A stretch of DNA of 49,126 bases from Eubacteriales bacterium. Its GTDB lineage: Bacteria > Bacillota > Clostridia > Oscillospirales > QAKW01. The notes under the pieces were generated by a model that was given only the letters and a program-made list of their open reading frames with translations, was not told the DNA's origin and did not search any database. The stretch covers positions 1 through 49,126 of the forward strand of contig JAZQAR010000071.1 of NCBI GenBank assembly GCA_045545315.1, written 5' to 3'. Shown here piece by piece: positions 46,254 through 49,126 of the stretch (positions within the stretch are counted from its first letter, which is position 1; the number at the start of each line of letters is the position of its first letter). Position numbers and translations under genes: made by a program.

Positions 46254-48875
46254 ATGTTAAAAAGAGTATGTGCGATCGCATTGACGGTTGCAATGCTGCT
46301 CTCCATGGTGTGCACCTTCTCCGTTGCTTCTGCCGCAGAGCCCATGAGCCTGAAGGTAGAGTTGAACAAGGACGTGGTACAGCGCGGAGACAAAGTGGTT
46401 GTGACCATTACGGTTGAGAATTACGTGCCCTGTGCCGGTTTGGGTATTGTGGGTACCTTCGATGCCGACGTTTTCGATGCTAAGAATGTGGATGTCGCAG
46501 TAGAAACAACCCCCTTCGCAGACGGTGCCGTGAACCCCGCCTTCGGTGGATACGGGAAGTTCTACTTCAATTTGGCCAATCCTGAAAACGTAGCGATGAA
46601 TGCTTCCTTCAAGCTGGCCACCGTTACTCTGCCTTTGAATAACGATCGGGCTTTCGATGAGTCTGATATTACCGTTGGTTTTAACGCCAATGATATGACC
46701 GTTGTTGACGGCGGCGTTTCCGTTGATATGCCTGCCGCTGATTTCAGTGCTGCTGCCGTTGAAAAGACCGTTGCTTTGGAAGAGATCGCTGCTGCTGATA
46801 AGATGGAGATCACCGTATCCGCCAAGGATACCGTTGTTCGCGGCGAAGTTTTTGAAGCGATCGTTGCTGTTAAGAACTATATGCCTTTGGCTTCCTATAG
46901 CTTTGATCTGGGCTATAACAAGAACGTCCTGGATCTGGTAGAGGTTACTCCCTTGCTGGGTGCCAATGCCTCCCACGCTGTTTATGATAAGGTTTGGCCC
47001 GATCAGGGGAACGTTCGTGTGATGGAAATCGCTACCGATGCCGCTAATATCGGCACCGCCGCTGATGAAGCCGTTTTGGCTAAGGCCACCTTCAAGGTTC
47101 GCAAAGACGCTGATTTGGTTTCTGCTGATCTGACCGCTAAGTTCGTTGAGAACGACGGTGTTGACAGCGCTGCTTTGGGTTATCAGCTGGCCGACGGTAA
47201 CTTTGTTGAACTGATCCCCGGTTACGAATTCGTTTCCAAAACCGCTACCGCTGCTACCGCTGTTGTAGCCAACGATAAGCTGATGAGCCTGACCGTTTCC
47301 GCCTCTGCCGACAAGGCTGACCGCGGCGACGAGGTGGTTCTGAACCTGGGTCTGGAAAATGCAGTTCCCTTTGCCGGTATCACCGTTGACATCCCCCTGG
47401 ATGCCGCTGTATTTGAAATTGCCGATGCGGAAACCGCTACCGGCGCTTATATCGATGCTGATATTATGACTCTGGACGACGGCAGAAAGGTTGTTCGCGT
47501 GATCCTGGCCAATGGGGCTAATCTGGATGACGTATCCGCTCTGGCTACCGTTACCCTGAAGGTTAAGGCTGACGCCAAGTTTGCCAAGACTGAGCTGAAG
47601 GATGCTTATATCAAGCAGGCCGTTGTGATCAATGCCGTTACCGAATCCTTGGTAGAAGGCGCTGACTATACCTTCGTTGCCAATCTGCTGACCGTTGAGA
47701 TCGCCTGCGATCATGATCCCGAAGGCTATGTATACACCTCAAATAATGACGGTACTCACGATATTACCTGTAGTGTAGACGATTGCGATTATCTGGTAGA
47801 AGGCGTAGCCTGCTCCGATGCTGATCCCTTTAAACATGATCCCACCTGTACCGAAGACGGTTACTTTGAGAACGTATGTATCTGCGGTCATACCTGGAAC
47901 GTGCCTTCCAACGAGGGTAAACTGGACCATGACTTGAGCTACAAGCACGTTGAAGGCACCGTTGCTACCGCCGCTAAGCACGTTGCTACCTGCTCCAGAG
48001 GCGATTATACCGAAGAAGTGGCTTGTACCTTTAACGAGGTTGTCAGCCCCGCTTCCTGCCTGAAGAATGAAACCGTTGTTGCTACCTGTACCGGTTGCGG
48101 TTATTCTTACGACTATGAAAAACTGAACACCAAGACCGCTCACGGTAAAGAAAAGATCCGCTACTATGCCGCCACCGAAACCGTTGCCGGCAAGTGGGCT
48201 TACTTCTGCAATACCTGCCAGACATGGGCTACCGAGGAGGCTATTCCTGCCGGTCATCCCTTCCCCGATGTGAAGAAACCCACCAGCTGGTTCTATGACG
48301 GCGTTCAGTACGCCAAGGCCATCAACGTGGTTTCCGGTGACGATAAGGGTAATTTCAACCCCAATAACAACATCACCAGAGCCGAGGTTGCCACTATCCT
48401 GGTTCGCTACCTGGGCTATGAGGCAGAATACAAGGATCTGTCTGCTGTAGATTTCGAAACCTATTTGACCAACCTGTACGCCAAGACCGGTGTTGAGAAG
48501 AAGACCTTGTCCGACCTGAAGTCCGATAAGTGGTTCTATCGTGCAACCAGCGTTGCTTGCGCACTGGGTATCTTCAAGGGCGACGATAACAATAAGTTTA
48601 ACCCCAACAAGAACATCAGCCGTCAGGAATTCTGCCTGGTTCTGTATCGGTTGTATAAGGATGCCGGTCTGAAGATCGACACCGCCAAGACCTATGCAGA
48701 TATCGCTAAGGTTCCCTCCTGGTCCAAGGAAGCCGTTCTGTGGGCCGCCAGCGTTGGCCTGTTCAACGGTGACGATAAGGGCAACTTCAATCCCACCCAG
48801 AACGCTACCCGCGCTCAGATCGCTGTACTGATGATGAGAATCGACGTTGACATCCGCAACGTAGAGGTTATGTAA
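46254..48875 (+). CDS. Cell-surface protein: signal peptide, 3 cohesin-like domains, Cys/His-rich repeats, 3 SLH domains
   Basis: Three ~150-aa repeats (V.RG...V...V.N..P.A......D..VF ... LA..T.KV..DA); PTCTEDG/CTGCG repeats; GDDKGNFNP..NITRAE SLH motifs; strong GGAGG RBS. Confidence 0.85.
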   Translation: MLKRVCAIALTVAMLLSMVCTFSVASAAEPMSLKVELNKDVVQRGDKVVVTITVENYVPCAGLGIVGTFDADVFDAKNVDVAVETTPFADGAVNPAFGGYGKFYFNLANPENVAMNASFKLATVTLPLNNDRAFDESDITVGFNANDMTVVDGGVSVDMPAADFSAAAVEKTVALEEIAAADKMEITVSAKDTVVRGEVFEAIVAVKNYMPLASYSFDLGYNKNVLDLVEVTPLLGANASHAVYDKVWPDQGNVRVMEIATDAANIGTAADEAVLAKATFKVRKDADLVSADLTAKFVENDGVDSAALGYQLADGNFVELIPGYEFVSKTATAATAVVANDKLMSLTVSASADKADRGDEVVLNLGLENAVPFAGITVDIPLDAAVFEIADAETATGAYIDADIMTLDDGRKVVRVILANGANLDDVSALATVTLKVKADAKFAKTELKDAYIKQAVVINAVTESLVEGADYTFVANLLTVEIACDHDPEGYVYTSNNDGTHDITCSVDDCDYLVEGVACSDADPFKHDPTCTEDGYFENVCICGHTWNVPSNEGKLDHDLSYKHVEGTVATAAKHVATCSRGDYTEEVACTFNEVVSPASCLKNETVVATCTGCGYSYDYEKLNTKTAHGKEKIRYYAATETVAGKWAYFCNTCQTWATEEAIPAGHPFPDVKKPTSWFYDGVQYAKAINVVSGDDKGNFNPNNNITRAEVATILVRYLGYEAEYKDLSAVDFETYLTNLYAKTGVEKKTLSDLKSDKWFYRATSVACALGIFKGDDNNKFNPNKNISRQEFCLVLYRLYKDAGLKIDTAKTYADIAKVPSWSKEAVLWAASVGLFNGDDKGNFNPTQNATRAQIAVLMMRIDVDIRNVEVM

Positions 48876-48894
48876 TCCCAATCAATCATAACGA

Positions 48895-48930
48895 TTCCCC
48901 GGCTCTTCGGAGCCGGGGAATTTTCTTTTT
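48895..48930 (+). terminator. Intrinsic terminator with UUCG loop
   Basis: TTCCCCGGCTC-TTCG-GAGCCGGGGAA-TTTTCTTTT. Confidence 0.85.
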
Positions 48931-49019
48931 GCAAAGAAGAACCTCCATGACCGACCCTTCCGGCGCGTGAGCAGGTCGGCGGATCCACACGTCGCTTTCC
49001 CTCCAAGGAGGCAATAAAG

Positions 49020-49051
49020 TAAAAGAACCCCCGAGGAAAAATCCTCGGGGG
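49020..49051 (-). terminator. Minus-strand terminator-like hairpin
   Basis: ACCCCCGAGG...CCTCGGGGGT with an A-run on its left. Confidence 0.6.
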
Positions 49052-49092
49052 TCGATTTTAGGGTATAGAGAATGAAATAGGAGGGGGAAGTG

Positions 49093-49121
49093 TGTGTCAA
49101 GAGAACCGTCCCTGTGACACA
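49093..49121. repeat. REP-like palindrome TGTGTCA-AGAGAACCGTCCCTG-TGACACA
   Basis: 7-bp inverted repeat enclosing GAACCGTCCC; single copy at the window edge. Confidence 0.4.
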
Positions 49122-49126
49122 TTAGG

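Noticed and set aside
48952-48965. CCGGAAGG (minus strand) as SRP RNA helix 8
   Set aside because: It lacks the flanking CAGG/AGCA internal-loop motif.

Overview
About 49 kb of chromosome from a moderately GC-rich, probably spore-forming Clostridia-like bacterium (SLH proteins, spoIVB, sigma-A promoters; this taxonomy is inferred). The backbone is metabolic and cell-envelope genes: GH16, GH20, GH32 and an MFS-GH2 fusion, three AraC regulators, feoA-feoB, an ogt-ygiQ-WYL-Dabb operon, pnuC, an LtaS-like protein, murA and three SLH proteins. Notable extras: (1) a spoIVB 3' fragment whose homology starts exactly at the catalytic Ser motif, a possible att junction of a sporulation-gene-interrupting element, next to a phd-doc pair; (2) a stand-alone ~290-nt transcription unit containing only micro-ORFs; (3) an XRE-HTH fused to L-serine dehydratase with a candidate operator; (4) a terminator-containing pnuC leader; (5) a three-cohesin/SLH scaffoldin-like protein; (6) two MITE-like insertions, a direct-repeat-flanked AT-rich islet and REP-like repeats. 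No rRNA, tRNA, CRISPR array or integrase is visible. All family calls come from motif recognition, not database searches.
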